From Dehalococcoidia bacterium (lineage in GTDB: Bacteria > Chloroflexota > Dehalococcoidia > Bin125): a DNA stretch of 64,000 nucleotides. The stretch covers positions 1,024,001 through 1,088,000 of the forward strand of contig CAXXSR010000001.1 in assembly GCA_963662615.2 (NCBI GenBank), in the 5' to 3' direction. A program made the translations under genes and the position numbers. This document shows positions 10,038-19,501 of the stretch, piece by piece. Below the pieces are notes generated by a model that saw only the letters and a list, made by a program, of their open reading frames with translations, was not told the origin of the DNA and ran no database searches. Each line of letters opens with the position of its first letter. The stretch's first letter is position 1.

Positions 10038-11291
10038 TCAGGCCTGGAGGTATGCCTCAATGTCGGGGCCGCCCTCCGTGAGGATGACGCCGGCCTCCTC
10101 CAGCGCTTGCACCTCGCCCTCGCTCAGGTCCAGCAGCTCCCGCAGCACCGCCTCCGTGTCTTCCCCGAAGGCCGGCGCCGGGCCGCGGACCCGCCCCGGC
10201 GTCCGCGACAGGCGCAGCGGCGAGTTCGACAGCTTCACGGCGCCCGCTCGCGGATGCTCCACCTCCGCGATCATGCCGCGATGCTGAATCTGCTCTTGCC
10301 GCACCGCCTCGCCCACGGTGTTCAACGGGCCAACCGGCATCCCGTACGGCTCCAGGATCGCAAGCCACTCCGCCGTGCGCTTCTTGCGCGTCGCCTCGAA
10401 CAGGATCGGCTCCAGGACCGCGTGATTCTGGGTCCGCTTGTAGGACGTCGAGAAGCGCTCGTCGTTGATCAACTCCACCCGTTCCAGGGCGCCGCAGAGC
10501 AACTCCCATTGGTTGTCCACGCCCCAGGCCAGCGCCAGCACCATCCAGCCGTCCTGCGTGGGGAACGCCTGGAACGGTGTCGCTGAAGGGTGCCGCGTGC
10601 CCAGCCGCTGCGGCTCCTCGCCGGTGGCGAAATAGCGCGCCACGGCGTTCTCCAGGATCGCGATCTGACAGTCCAGCAGGGAGATATCGATCATCTGCCC
10701 GCGTCCACTGGAGCCGCGCTCGTGCAGCGCGGCCAAGATGCCGAGCGCGGTGTACAACCCCCCTGCGATGTCCCCAATTGGCATTCCCGGCCGTGCCGGC
10801 GGCCCGTCGGGGTAGCCGGTGATGCTCATCGCGCCGCCCATCCCCTGCACCACGACGTCCAGCGCCGGGCGCTGTCGCAGCGGACCGCTGTGCCCAAAGC
10901 CGGAGGTGGCCGCGTAGATGATGCGCGGATTCCGCACCGCCAGCGCCTCATAGCCCAGGCCCAGGCGCTCCATGGTCCCGGGAGTGAAGTTCTCCATCAC
11001 CACATCCGCCCGCTCCACGAGCTCCAGGAAGAGCGCCCTCCCACGCTCATGCTTTAGATCGACGGCCATGCTCCGCTTGCCCCGATTGATGCTTTGGAAG
11101 TAGATGCTCTCGTTGTTGACGAACGGGCCCGTGGTCCGCGCCACGTCGCCGTGGGGCGGACGCTCCACCTTGATCACGTCCGCCCCCAGATCGGTGAGGA
11201 TCATGGAGGCGTAAGGGCCGGCCAAGACCCAGGTCAGGTCCAGCACCGTCACCCCCACCAGGGGTCCCGCCCCATTGGCTGCTTCAGGCAC
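10038..11291 (-). CDS. Family III CoA-transferase (CaiB/BaiF)
   Basis: VLDLTWVLAGP, LGADVIKVE, NRGKRS, ADVVMENF-PG. Confidence 0.95.
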   Translation of the reverse strand: MPEAANGAGPLVGVTVLDLTWVLAGPYASMILTDLGADVIKVERPPHGDVARTTGPFVNNESIYFQSINRGKRSMAVDLKHERGRALFLELVERADVVMENFTPGTMERLGLGYEALAVRNPRIIYAATSGFGHSGPLRQRPALDVVVQGMGGAMSITGYPDGPPARPGMPIGDIAGGLYTALGILAALHERGSSGRGQMIDISLLDCQIAILENAVARYFATGEEPQRLGTRHPSATPFQAFPTQDGWMVLALAWGVDNQWELLCGALERVELINDERFSTSYKRTQNHAVLEPILFEATRKKRTAEWLAILEPYGMPVGPLNTVGEAVRQEQIQHRGMIAEVEHPRAGAVKLSNSPLRLSRTPGRVRGPAPAFGEDTEAVLRELLDLSEGEVQALEEAGVILTEGGPDIEAYLQA

Positions 11292-11401
11292 CGCCGGCTC
11301 CCTTCAGGCGCGGGCGCTCCTTCGCCACCGCCCCGCCCCGATTGTGTGGCGGCATGATCGCGACGGCGTTAATGGTGGCGGCGTTCGCGTAGACTGAACG
11401 C

Positions 11402-11734
11402 ATGCGGAGGCCCAGCGCGGTCACGGGCGCATCGTGGCAACGTCAGGCGGGACCGTCAAACGCGGCTGCGCGGAGCGCCCGCCGGCCACAGATTCGCGTC
11501 GCCCCCACCGACGACGGCTTCGACGTGATCGTCGCCGACACCGTCGTCCGCCACTGCGACCAAGAAGGCGACGCTCACCACTGGGCCATGCACGTCTTTG
11601 AGGCGGTCAACCGCAACGTTTACCGGCCCCACGCCATTCGGGAATCGCTGCGCCATCTCTGCCTGCTGCGACAGCGCTGCGGCACGCATCGCCCCATTGC
11701 GCTCGATTCGCCCTCGTTGCGACGGGGCCGTTAG
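11402..11734 (+). CDS. Hypothetical protein
   Basis: ATG-started ORF filling the intergenic gap; the central part looks protein-like; no family recognised. Confidence 0.4.
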   Translation: MRRPSAVTGASWQRQAGPSNAAARSARRPQIRVAPTDDGFDVIVADTVVRHCDQEGDAHHWAMHVFEAVNRNVYRPHAIRESLRHLCLLRQRCGTHRPIALDSPSLRRGR

Positions 11735-11972
11735 CCCTTGCCCCGCGTGGCCGCCGCGTGGCGCCGCCGCGTCCGCGCGGCGCCTTCCGGGCTTCGCTGG
11801 GAACGGCGATCATCCTGTTGAGGCCACGGCCGAGGGAGCGCTGAGACGCGCCGCAGCTGCGGCGCGCGCCCAACTCCGCCGGTCGCGCGGGCCGCAGCTG
11901 CAGGCGCCAACAGCCCGCGCGCGATTGCGCGCGAGCTGCTGAGTCGCGGCTCAGGAGCCGCGGCCCGCGCTT

Positions 11973-12013
11973 CCCCTTGCCGACCTACCCCTTGCCGAGC
12001 TAGCCCTTGCCGA
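11973..12013. repeat. 15-bp tandem triplication of the 3' end of the adjacent gene (xTC GGC AAG GGN TAG on the - strand)
   Basis: ccccttgccgaccta / ccccttgccgagcta / gcccttgccga. Confidence 0.7.
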
Positions 12014-12629
12014 TAGTCGTCTTGGCCACCACCTTGACGCCCTTGATGGTGCCTTCCACGGAGCGGCGCACGCGAATCGCGGCGGTGTCGCCGATATCGC
12101 CGGCCGCCTCAATAGCGCCCGTTGCCGCCGCCGAAGCCGCCTCCTCTACGTTTTCCCCTGTCTGCCGCGCCGCCTCAATGGCACCCTCCACAGCGCCAAC
12201 CGCGGCGGTGGTGATGTCGGCGCCCAGGGAGGCCGTCTCACTGACGGCCATGCGGCTCGTCTTGCCGATCGCCTCCAGCGACTCCGTGCCCACTTCGCTG
12301 GTGCCGCGCACCGCTCCGATCACCGCGCCCTTGGCCGCTTGGCCCAGCGACGCGCCGACCCGGCCGGCGGAGTCAATGCTCTTCTCCACGCTGTCCGCCG
12401 CGGTCTCCGTCGCCGCCCCGGCCACGCCGCCGACTGCGTCGATCGTGCCCGTCATCGCCCCCACGGCCAGATCCGCGGCGGCGGAGCCGGTCTCACCCGC
12501 CTCGCGCACGGTCGTCTGCACCGTCGTGGCCACGGTCTCCACGGCGGCCTGCGTGATCTCCCCGCCGCCGCGGATCACGCCAATGATGCTGTTCTTGACC
12601 CGCGTCCCAATCTCTCGTTCATCCACCAT
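12000..12629 (-). CDS. Ala/Gly/Thr-rich protein with about eight 22-residue amphipathic repeats
   Basis: GAIEAARQTGENVEEAASAAAT / GAIEAAGDIGDTAAIRVRRSVE and similar units at an exact 22-aa period; AAGG(T) SD upstream. Confidence 0.75.
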   Translation of the reverse strand: MVDEREIGTRVKNSIIGVIRGGGEITQAAVETVATTVQTTVREAGETGSAAADLAVGAMTGTIDAVGGVAGAATETAADSVEKSIDSAGRVGASLGQAAKGAVIGAVRGTSEVGTESLEAIGKTSRMAVSETASLGADITTAAVGAVEGAIEAARQTGENVEEAASAAATGAIEAAGDIGDTAAIRVRRSVEGTIKGVKVVAKTTIGKG

Positions 12630-12790
12630 CGGATTTACCTTTCCCTTTGCGTCCTCTCAAATAGCGCGCTGCTCTGTGCCGCATGTTCACGCACACCACC
12701 CCCAACGTCAACACGGCTGCCCGTTGCCCCGCGCCATCGGCTGAACCGTCGGGCATGCGCCCAAATGGCCACGCCCCTCCCGCAAAGCCC

Positions 12791-13765
12791 TTATTTCTGC
12801 CACGCGATGCCCGTGCTGACCGCCACGTTCAGGAGCGGCTCTCCGCGCATGTAGCGGGCCAGGTTCTTGAGAAAGTGCTCGCCGGTGCGGCTGAACGCCT
12901 GCGGCGTGATGGATGAGTCGTGGGGCGTGATCACGCAGTTGGGCAGCTCCCACAGCGGCGAGTCGGACGGGAGCGGCTCCGTCTCGAAAACGTCCAGGAC
13001 CGCTCCGCCGATGGCGCCCGTCCGCAGCGCCTCAATGAGCGCCGCTTCATCCACCACCCCGCCCCGCGCCGTGTTGATCAGCACCGCCCCGCGCCCCATG
13101 GCCTGGAACTCCGCGGCGCCGATCATCCCGCGCGTCTCATCGGTCAGGGGAACGGCCAGCAGCACGTAGTCGCTCGCGGCCAGGAGGTCGTGCAGTCGCG
13201 CCGACGGCAGCACCTCGTCGACGTTCTCCGCCGCGACGGGCGTGCGCTTCGTCGCCAGCACGCGCATCTCGAACGCCTGGGCCAGGCGCGCCACCTCCAG
13301 GCCGATGCCCCCCAGCCCGACGATGCCGAGCGTCTTTCCGGTCAGCTCCAGGCCCGGGATCTGCGCCCATTCGCGCCGGGCCTGCGCCGCCGCGTGCGCG
13401 GGCATCGCCTTGACGTGGTGCAGCATGTAGCCCATCACGTACTCGCCTATGGGCCGCGCGTGCAGCCCGGGCGAATGCGTCAGCGTCACGCCCCGATCCA
13501 GCATCCCTTGCAGCCTGGGGTGGTCGATCCCCGCCGACGAACTGTGGAACCACCGCAATGTGGGCTGGTCCACGAGCGCCATCGCCGCGCGCAGCGCCCG
13601 CGATTGCTCCCACAGGTCCACGGAAAGAAAGAACGCTTCTATTCCGTTGGCGGACGGCGTGAACGTCCCGTCCTGGCGGAGCTGCACGGTCTCGATCCGC
13701 GGCGACAGCGACGCGATCCGCGTCGCGTAGCTCTTCGCCACCAGCTCCGACACGCACAGCCGCAC
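12791..13765 (-). CDS. D-2-hydroxyacid dehydrogenase
   Basis: WFHSSSAGID, GIVGLGGIG, LINTARG, LDVFETEPLP, ITPH. Confidence 0.92.
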   Translation of the reverse strand: MRLCVSELVAKSYATRIASLSPRIETVQLRQDGTFTPSANGIEAFFLSVDLWEQSRALRAAMALVDQPTLRWFHSSSAGIDHPRLQGMLDRGVTLTHSPGLHARPIGEYVMGYMLHHVKAMPAHAAAQARREWAQIPGLELTGKTLGIVGLGGIGLEVARLAQAFEMRVLATKRTPVAAENVDEVLPSARLHDLLAASDYVLLAVPLTDETRGMIGAAEFQAMGRGAVLINTARGGVVDEAALIEALRTGAIGGAVLDVFETEPLPSDSPLWELPNCVITPHDSSITPQAFSRTGEHFLKNLARYMRGEPLLNVAVSTGIAWQK

Positions 13766-13838
13766 GGCATCCCCTCCCCGGCTCGGTCCGGGCGCCTTGC
13801 GGCGGGAACCGCGCCTCAGTATGCGGCGGCGGCCTTGC

Positions 13839-14002
13839 GCCGCACAAGCAGATGCCGCACAAGCCGCTGCCCCACAAGCTAACCCGCCGCTGCAACGCGC
13901 ACGCTTGAGCGATGCGTCCGGCGCCGTCCGGCGCCTGCAATGCGTCCGACGCGGTCCGGCGCCTGAGCGGGGGGCAATGCGTCCGACGCGGTCCGGCGCC
14001 TG
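13839..14002. repeat. Two degenerate repeat clusters in a divergent intergenic region: 15-bp x3 (gccgcacaagc) and about 28-bp x3 (caatgcgtccgacgcggtccggcgcctg)
   Basis: 15-mers start at 13839, 13854 and 13869; 28-mers start at about 13910, 13938 and 13975. Confidence 0.7.
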
Positions 14003-14066
14003 GGCCGACGAACACCGTCCCGCGGCTGGGCTGCTACCGTAAAACGACCCCCCACCGCGAGGACGT

Positions 14067-15389
14067 ATGCAACACCGCCCCCTTGCTCAACGACGCGCTG
14101 GGATCCCCCGGTTCGTCTGGGCTCGCGGGATCTACCTGGGTTGGTGGATCGCGGGCGCCATCACCCTGGTCTCCTTTGCCCGCGTGCCCTTCTTCAACCC
14201 CGTCCTGGGCATCTTCATTGGACCGCTGGAGGATGAGTTCGGCTGGAGCCGCGCGACCATCGGCGGGGCGCTCTCCGCGGGGACGCTGGCGGGCGCCGCC
14301 GCCGCGCCCTTCCTGGGCCGATACGTCGACCGCTACGGCGGCCGCTACTTCATGGTCGGCGGGATCATCCTCGTGGGCCTCCTGCTCATTCTCCTCTCGG
14401 TTGTCCAAGAGGTCTGGCAGTTCTACATCCTCTACGGCCTGGGCCGGGCTCTCGCGATCGTCGTCATTGACATGGCAATCCTGGTGACCATTGCCAATTG
14501 GTTCATCCGTCACCGTGGGCGCGCCCTTGGCCTGTCCATGGTCGGCATGCGCGGGGGCATGGCCGTGATCCCTCTCATCGTGCTGCTCTTCATCTCGCTG
14601 TTCGACTGGCGCGCGGCCTTCGCGGCCCTCGGTGTGCTGGCGATCGTGATCGCCGTCCTGCCCGCCTGGCTCGTCGTACGCCGGCGCCCGGAGGACGTCG
14701 GCCTCCGCCCCGACGGTGACCGCGCCACCACGCTCCGGGCGACGGAGGGTCGTGAGCCGTTCCCCGCCGCCGCCGATGACCCCCGCTGGACCGTCCGCGA
14801 GGCGATCCGCACCAGGCCGTTCTGGCTTCTGCTGTTCGGGACCGCGCAGCTCTTCATGGTCAGCGGCGCGGTCAACCTGAGCCTGGTGCCCCACCTGGAG
14901 GACAACGGCCTCTCGCGCACCACGGCCATCATCGTGATCAGCGTCTGGGCCGTCATGGGCGTCGTTGGCGGCATGCTCGGCGGCGAGGTCCGTCAGCGCG
15001 TCGCCATCCGCTACGCCCTGCCCGTCGTGCTCTGCTTCACCGCCAGCGCGGTCGTCTGGCTGATCTTCGTGGACCGGGCCTGGATGGCCTACCTCTTCGC
15101 CGTCTGGCACGGCCTCGCCTTCGGCGTGCAGCTACCGCTGCACCAGATCTCGTTTCCCGACTACTTCGGCCGCTGGTCGGTCGGCGCTATCCGCGGCGTC
15201 ACCGCGCCCGTGCAGTTTGGGTTCAACGCCGCCGGTCCCCTTCTCGTGGGCATCGTCTTCGACGCGCGCGGCTCCTATGACCTCATCTTCGCCATCTTCG
15301 TTGGCCTCCTCATGCTGGCCGCGGTGCTCATCTTCCTGGCCAAGCCGCCACGGCTGCCCGCGACCGACGAGCTCCAGGCCCCGGCCTGA
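14067..15389 (+). CDS. MFS transporter
   Basis: About 12 hydrophobic segments; GRYVDRYGGR motif A; NWF-RHRGRALG. Confidence 0.92.
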   Translation: MQHRPLAQRRAGIPRFVWARGIYLGWWIAGAITLVSFARVPFFNPVLGIFIGPLEDEFGWSRATIGGALSAGTLAGAAAAPFLGRYVDRYGGRYFMVGGIILVGLLLILLSVVQEVWQFYILYGLGRALAIVVIDMAILVTIANWFIRHRGRALGLSMVGMRGGMAVIPLIVLLFISLFDWRAAFAALGVLAIVIAVLPAWLVVRRRPEDVGLRPDGDRATTLRATEGREPFPAAADDPRWTVREAIRTRPFWLLLFGTAQLFMVSGAVNLSLVPHLEDNGLSRTTAIIVISVWAVMGVVGGMLGGEVRQRVAIRYALPVVLCFTASAVVWLIFVDRAWMAYLFAVWHGLAFGVQLPLHQISFPDYFGRWSVGAIRGVTAPVQFGFNAAGPLLVGIVFDARGSYDLIFAIFVGLLMLAAVLIFLAKPPRLPATDELQAPA

Positions 15390-15545
15390 GCCCGATCCGG
15401 CGACAAGCCCGCCCCGCCGTCGCCGAAGCATCCGCGGCTGTCTCACCGGTTGGCTGAATGGTGCAATTGACCCACCCGGAATGGGACGTTCGAACCTGGG
15501 CCACCTCGCTCTGCCCGCGCAAGCTGCGGTGCTGGAGGTGCCCTA

Positions 15546-15815
15546 ATGCTCGAATCCGGCTCGTTGATTTTCCTGACTGCGACAGGGCTCTTGCTCTTCG
15601 TGGGCTACGCCGCCATGTTTGCCGCTCCATCACGGACGCAGCACTCACCGCTCCGCCTCCGACTCGATCCTGTTTGCGGGCGGAAGATCGGCCTCTGGCA
15701 GGTTGCGGACACCGCGGATCACAACGGAGAGACCCTGTTTTTTTGCTCTGCGGTGTGCTCCGCCGAGTTCGCTGCCGACCAAGTCCACGAAGCTCCCGCC
15801 CGGGTCGGGGCGTGA
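15546..15815 (+). CDS. Membrane-anchored YHS/TRASH domain protein
   Basis: N-terminal TM segment then DPVCG...GETLFFCSAVC; GGAGG SD. Confidence 0.7.
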   Translation: MLESGSLIFLTATGLLLFVGYAAMFAAPSRTQHSPLRLRLDPVCGRKIGLWQVADTADHNGETLFFCSAVCSAEFAADQVHEAPARVGA

Positions 15816-15854
15816 CGCTCCACGAGGTGCGCTGGAGCGGAAGGGAGATGACCC

Positions 15855-16562
15855 ATGCGCTTTTGTCCACAGTGTGAAACGACGAACCACGACACGGCGA
15901 CCGGCTGCCGCCGCTGCGGTCGAGCGCTGACCTCGGGCGACTACGTCTCTGAGCTGCTGCCGGCAGCGGAGCGTGAACGGGAACGGCGACGGGGGCATGC
16001 CGCGACGACGACGGCGGTGCGGGAAGGGGAGCCTGGAACAGGCGCACCTCTCGGCTCCGTGGAACCGAGAATGGAGCAAGCACACGCGGCGCCCGGCATT
16101 GCCCGACGCTCACGGGGACCCGGCTCCGCCCATCGCCGGGCGGCCATGCCGAAGGCTGTCCCCCTGCTCCTCCTTCTTGGTGGTGCCGCCGCGCTCCTGG
16201 TCGTCGTCGGGTCACTGGGACCGTGGGCGCAAGTCTTTGGCTTCGCGGTCAACGGCACATCGGCCGACGGCGTCCTCACCCTGATCGGCGCCATTGCAGC
16301 GGGCGTTCTGCTGCTGGTCGCCGTGCGCCGGCCGAGCCGCCGCATGCCCTTCCTCGTGGTCGCTGCGCTCTTTCTTGCCGGGTCCGGCCTTGTGGGACTC
16401 ATCGACTGGGTCCACGTCGAGACGCGGCCGGAGATCCACAACGAACTTGGCGATTTCGACCCGACCGTCGCTTGGGGGCTGGTGATGACGACCTTGGCGG
16501 GCTGGGCGGGAGCCGCTTTCCTGGCGCTGCAGTTGGCAGCCGACGCGAGTCGCGGCCGCTGA
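15855..16562 (+). CDS. Zinc-ribbon plus 4-TM membrane protein
   Basis: FCPQC...CRRCG N-terminus; four hydrophobic helices in the C-terminal part. Confidence 0.7.
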   Translation: MRFCPQCETTNHDTATGCRRCGRALTSGDYVSELLPAAERERERRRGHAATTTAVREGEPGTGAPLGSVEPRMEQAHAAPGIARRSRGPGSAHRRAAMPKAVPLLLLLGGAAALLVVVGSLGPWAQVFGFAVNGTSADGVLTLIGAIAAGVLLLVAVRRPSRRMPFLVVAALFLAGSGLVGLIDWVHVETRPEIHNELGDFDPTVAWGLVMTTLAGWAGAAFLALQLAADASRGR

Positions 16563-16697
16563 GCGCGCCCGCGCAGCCGCTGCGCTGGTACGGCCGGCCC
16601 GGGAGCGAGCGGATCCTGCCCTAGCGACGGCAGGCAGGCCGCCCGCCCCGTCACGGATCCTGGCGGGCGGAGTCTATGGTCGGGGACGAGGCTAACT

Positions 16698-17594
16698 ATG
16701 GCCGAGCAAGGAAGCTCCGCAGCGCCCGGCGGTCGCCTGCCCGCGGGGAACCGCGACGCTGCCGATCCAGAGCTCGATCAAGCCATCGAAACCCTTACCG
16801 GGCGCCTCCAGGCTCTCATGGTGGAGGTCGCCGCCCTCTGGGATCAGCTCCAGGGCCACATCAAGAGCCGGCGGGACCCCTCCGCGACACGAGCTGGATC
16901 CCCAGCCGCGCAAGCGCGAGTCGCGGAGGGCTACGGCTGGCCGCAGCTTCGTCATCACCGCTCCCAGGCCGCAGCGAGCGTGGGCACGGCCCCCACCGCC
17001 AGGACCAAGGAAATTGCAGCGGTCCTGCGCGATCGCGAGCGCTTGGCCGGTCGCCGCTGGTGGGACTGGCCATATCCGCGATGGGCGCCCATATCCGTCC
17101 TGGCGATCGCCGCGATCTTGTTTGGCATTGTCTTCTCCCTCTCTGGTGATGGCGCGACCCCCTCCTCTGGCCTCAGCGAGCCGCTCGTGGGAGTGCCGGG
17201 GCTCAGTGCGATTGACTCTCCCGCCGACGAAATCACGCTCCTGCCGGCAGCGCCCGCGAGCGCCGCGCCGGTGCTTAGCGCTGGAGCGTTCGCGATCGGC
17301 GCGGCACCTCTATCTCCTGACACGACATCTCCTGACACGACGTCTCCTGACACGAAGGAGACCGCCGTCACCTACCTGCCAACCGCCGCTCTGACCTCTC
17401 AGCCCAGCGTCACCACCTGGCGCGTACAGCAAGGGGACAAGTTGTCGGTGATCGCGCTGCAGTTCGGCACGTCCGTCGAGACGTTGGTCGCCCTGAACGG
17501 CTTGGCCAATCCCGACTTCATCCGCTTGGGGCAGGAGCTGCTGATTCCTGTCGCAACCGTCACGCAATCGGCCGGGAGCGAAGACAGCCCCTAG
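16698..17594 (+). CDS. LysM peptidoglycan-binding membrane protein
   Basis: C-terminal WRVQQGDKLSVIALQFGTSVETLVALNGLANPDFIRLGQELLIP; one TM; SPDTT x3 linker. Confidence 0.85.
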   Translation: MAEQGSSAAPGGRLPAGNRDAADPELDQAIETLTGRLQALMVEVAALWDQLQGHIKSRRDPSATRAGSPAAQARVAEGYGWPQLRHHRSQAAASVGTAPTARTKEIAAVLRDRERLAGRRWWDWPYPRWAPISVLAIAAILFGIVFSLSGDGATPSSGLSEPLVGVPGLSAIDSPADEITLLPAAPASAAPVLSAGAFAIGAAPLSPDTTSPDTTSPDTKETAVTYLPTAALTSQPSVTTWRVQQGDKLSVIALQFGTSVETLVALNGLANPDFIRLGQELLIPVATVTQSAGSEDSP

Positions 17595-17711
17595 TTCCGT
17601 GGGCGCTCCTGGGACGACCACCTAGACGTTGTGGGCACCGGCCGATTTGCGCCGCCGGCCGCTCTCCCGCCCCCTTCGATGAAGGCCCGACCATGTGATA
17701 GCGTGGTGGCC

Positions 17712-18032
17712 ATGCCGGGCCCCTTCTTTGCTGGTGTTGCGCGTCGGCACTTCCTTATCACAGGCCTCATCATGGCGCTCATCGCCGTCATCGCTGCCGG
17801 GACTCTCGCGCTCTGGTCCCCCTCGCCGGCGAGTGCGGCCGGCGACGCGCAGACTCCCGCCGACGAACAGCTCCTTCCCATGGCCGCCCCAGACGAGGGC
17901 GGCGCCGGTACCGACCAAGCCGGCGCCTCCGAGTGGATCCCGTTCGCCGTCATGCTCGGTCCCTTCCTGGTCCTCATTGTCCCCTTGCTCTGGCTCATCT
18001 TCCGCATTGACCGCTCGGAGGGCCGCGAGTAG
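17712..18032 (+). CDS. Small two-TM hypothetical protein
   Basis: Two hydrophobic segments; stop lies 7 bp before the cinA-like start. Confidence 0.55.
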   Translation: MPGPFFAGVARRHFLITGLIMALIAVIAAGTLALWSPSPASAAGDAQTPADEQLLPMAAPDEGGAGTDQAGASEWIPFAVMLGPFLVLIVPLLWLIFRIDRSEGRE

Positions 18033-18039
18033 CGGCGCC

Positions 18040-18540
18040 ATGGCGGATGTGGGGGCCGACGAGCGGGCGCAGGCCCTCGTCGCCTTGCTCACGGAGCGGG
18101 GCCTCACCCTGGCGGTGGCCGAGACCGACACGGGCGGGCTCATTGGCAGTCTGATCACGGACGTGCCCGGCTGCAGCGCCGTCTTCTTGGGCGGCGTCAC
18201 GCCCTACCCCAATGAGGCCAAGGCCCGCCTGCTTGCTATTCCCCGCGACCTGATCGCGGAGCACGGATCGGTCAGCAGGGAGGTCGCCATCGCCATGGCG
18301 GCGGGCATCCGCCGCGCCCTCCACGCGGACATCGCCGTGGCCGAGACCGGCGTCGCCGGCCCTACCGGCGGCAGCGACGACCGCCCCGTGGGCACGGTCT
18401 GGCTGGCCTGTGTTGGTCCGGACGACCACGTGATCGCCGAACGGCACGTTTGGGACCGCGACCGGGAGGGCAACAAACGGTTGACCGCGGAGCGGGCGCT
18501 GGAACTGATCGGCGAGGCCGCTGAACGAGGCGGCGCCTAG
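18040..18540 (+). CDS. CinA C-terminal / PncC nicotinamide-nucleotide amidohydrolase family
   Basis: LAVAETDTGGLIG, VPGCSAVFLGG, HGSVSREVA, TGVAGPTGG, PVGTV. Confidence 0.88.
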   Translation: MADVGADERAQALVALLTERGLTLAVAETDTGGLIGSLITDVPGCSAVFLGGVTPYPNEAKARLLAIPRDLIAEHGSVSREVAIAMAAGIRRALHADIAVAETGVAGPTGGSDDRPVGTVWLACVGPDDHVIAERHVWDRDREGNKRLTAERALELIGEAAERGGA

Positions 18541-19241
18541 GGTCCGGTCTCGTCGCGGGCGCGGCGCCGCTCGCGCAGCCGGTCCGCCGCTCGCCAGCCC
18601 AGCGGCACCACCGCCGCCGCCGCCAGCAGCTTCAGCATGTCGCCGGGAATGAAGGGCCACAGCCCCGTATCCCAAACGTCCAGCGCAAAGGGGCTGTTGC
18701 CGATCCAGAGGTCGTAGACGGGCAGCCCCACCACGTAGATCAGGACGTTGCCCAAGAGCATCGCCCAGATCAGCCCCTGACCACGGCCACAGCCCCGCTC
18801 GGCGAACCATCCCACCGCGTAGGCAGCCACCACGAACCCCCAGAGGTAGCCTGCCGTGGCGCCCGTGTACAGTGCGGTGAACCCGGAGCCGCCACCGGCG
18901 AAGAACGGCGCCCCAGCCCACCCCCACATGAGGTAGAGGAAGAGGCCGCCCAGTGCCCGCCGGCTTCCCAGCGTCGCCCCGATCAGCAGCACGCCGAAGG
19001 TCTGACCGGTGATGGGAACGGGGTTGCCGTCGCGCGCGTTGGAAAAGGGGACGTCGAACGACGCCTGGGCACAGGCGGCCAGCAGCAGGCTCGCCGCCAC
19101 CATCAGGAAGACGTCCCGAGCCAGCACGTTGCGGAACGGCCCCAGGGCCGGGAAGCGGTCGGCCAGCACCGCTTGCCTGGGGGGAATGGCGTCGGCCAGG
19201 CGCGGCAGAGCGCGCGCCGGTGTGATCACTGACACGAACAA
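18537..19241 (-). CDS. bioY: Biotin transporter BioY
   Basis: PVPITGQTFGVLLIG, GAPFFAGG, TAGYLWGF, PFIPGDMLK. Confidence 0.92.
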   Translation of the reverse strand: MFVSVITPARALPRLADAIPPRQAVLADRFPALGPFRNVLARDVFLMVAASLLLAACAQASFDVPFSNARDGNPVPITGQTFGVLLIGATLGSRRALGGLFLYLMWGWAGAPFFAGGGSGFTALYTGATAGYLWGFVVAAYAVGWFAERGCGRGQGLIWAMLLGNVLIYVVGLPVYDLWIGNSPFALDVWDTGLWPFIPGDMLKLLAAAAVVPLGWRAADRLRERRRARDETGP

Positions 19242-19501
19242 TCTCCTCCCGCGTCCGCCGTCCAGTGTGGGGACGCCTCGGCGCAGTATATGCAGGTGCG
19301 GCGTCCGCGCAATCGCCCCCGCCGCCGGAGCCTGGGCCCGCGTAGGGCGGCGCGCCCATGGAAAGCGCCCTCCGCGACCGCCGGCACGATATGATGCACC
19401 CGCGGAGGTTTCACCATGGCCGGCTCGGATCCCCTCGTTCGCGACGGCCTCACTGGCGCCGCTCGCGCCCGTGGCGGCCCGCCCGACGCGAGGGCTGGGC
19501 C

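Noticed and set aside
17312-17354. SPDTT x3 repeat in the LysM protein, and similar short in-frame duplications in glcE and the flavin reductase
   Set aside because: Ordinary slippage in flexible linkers.
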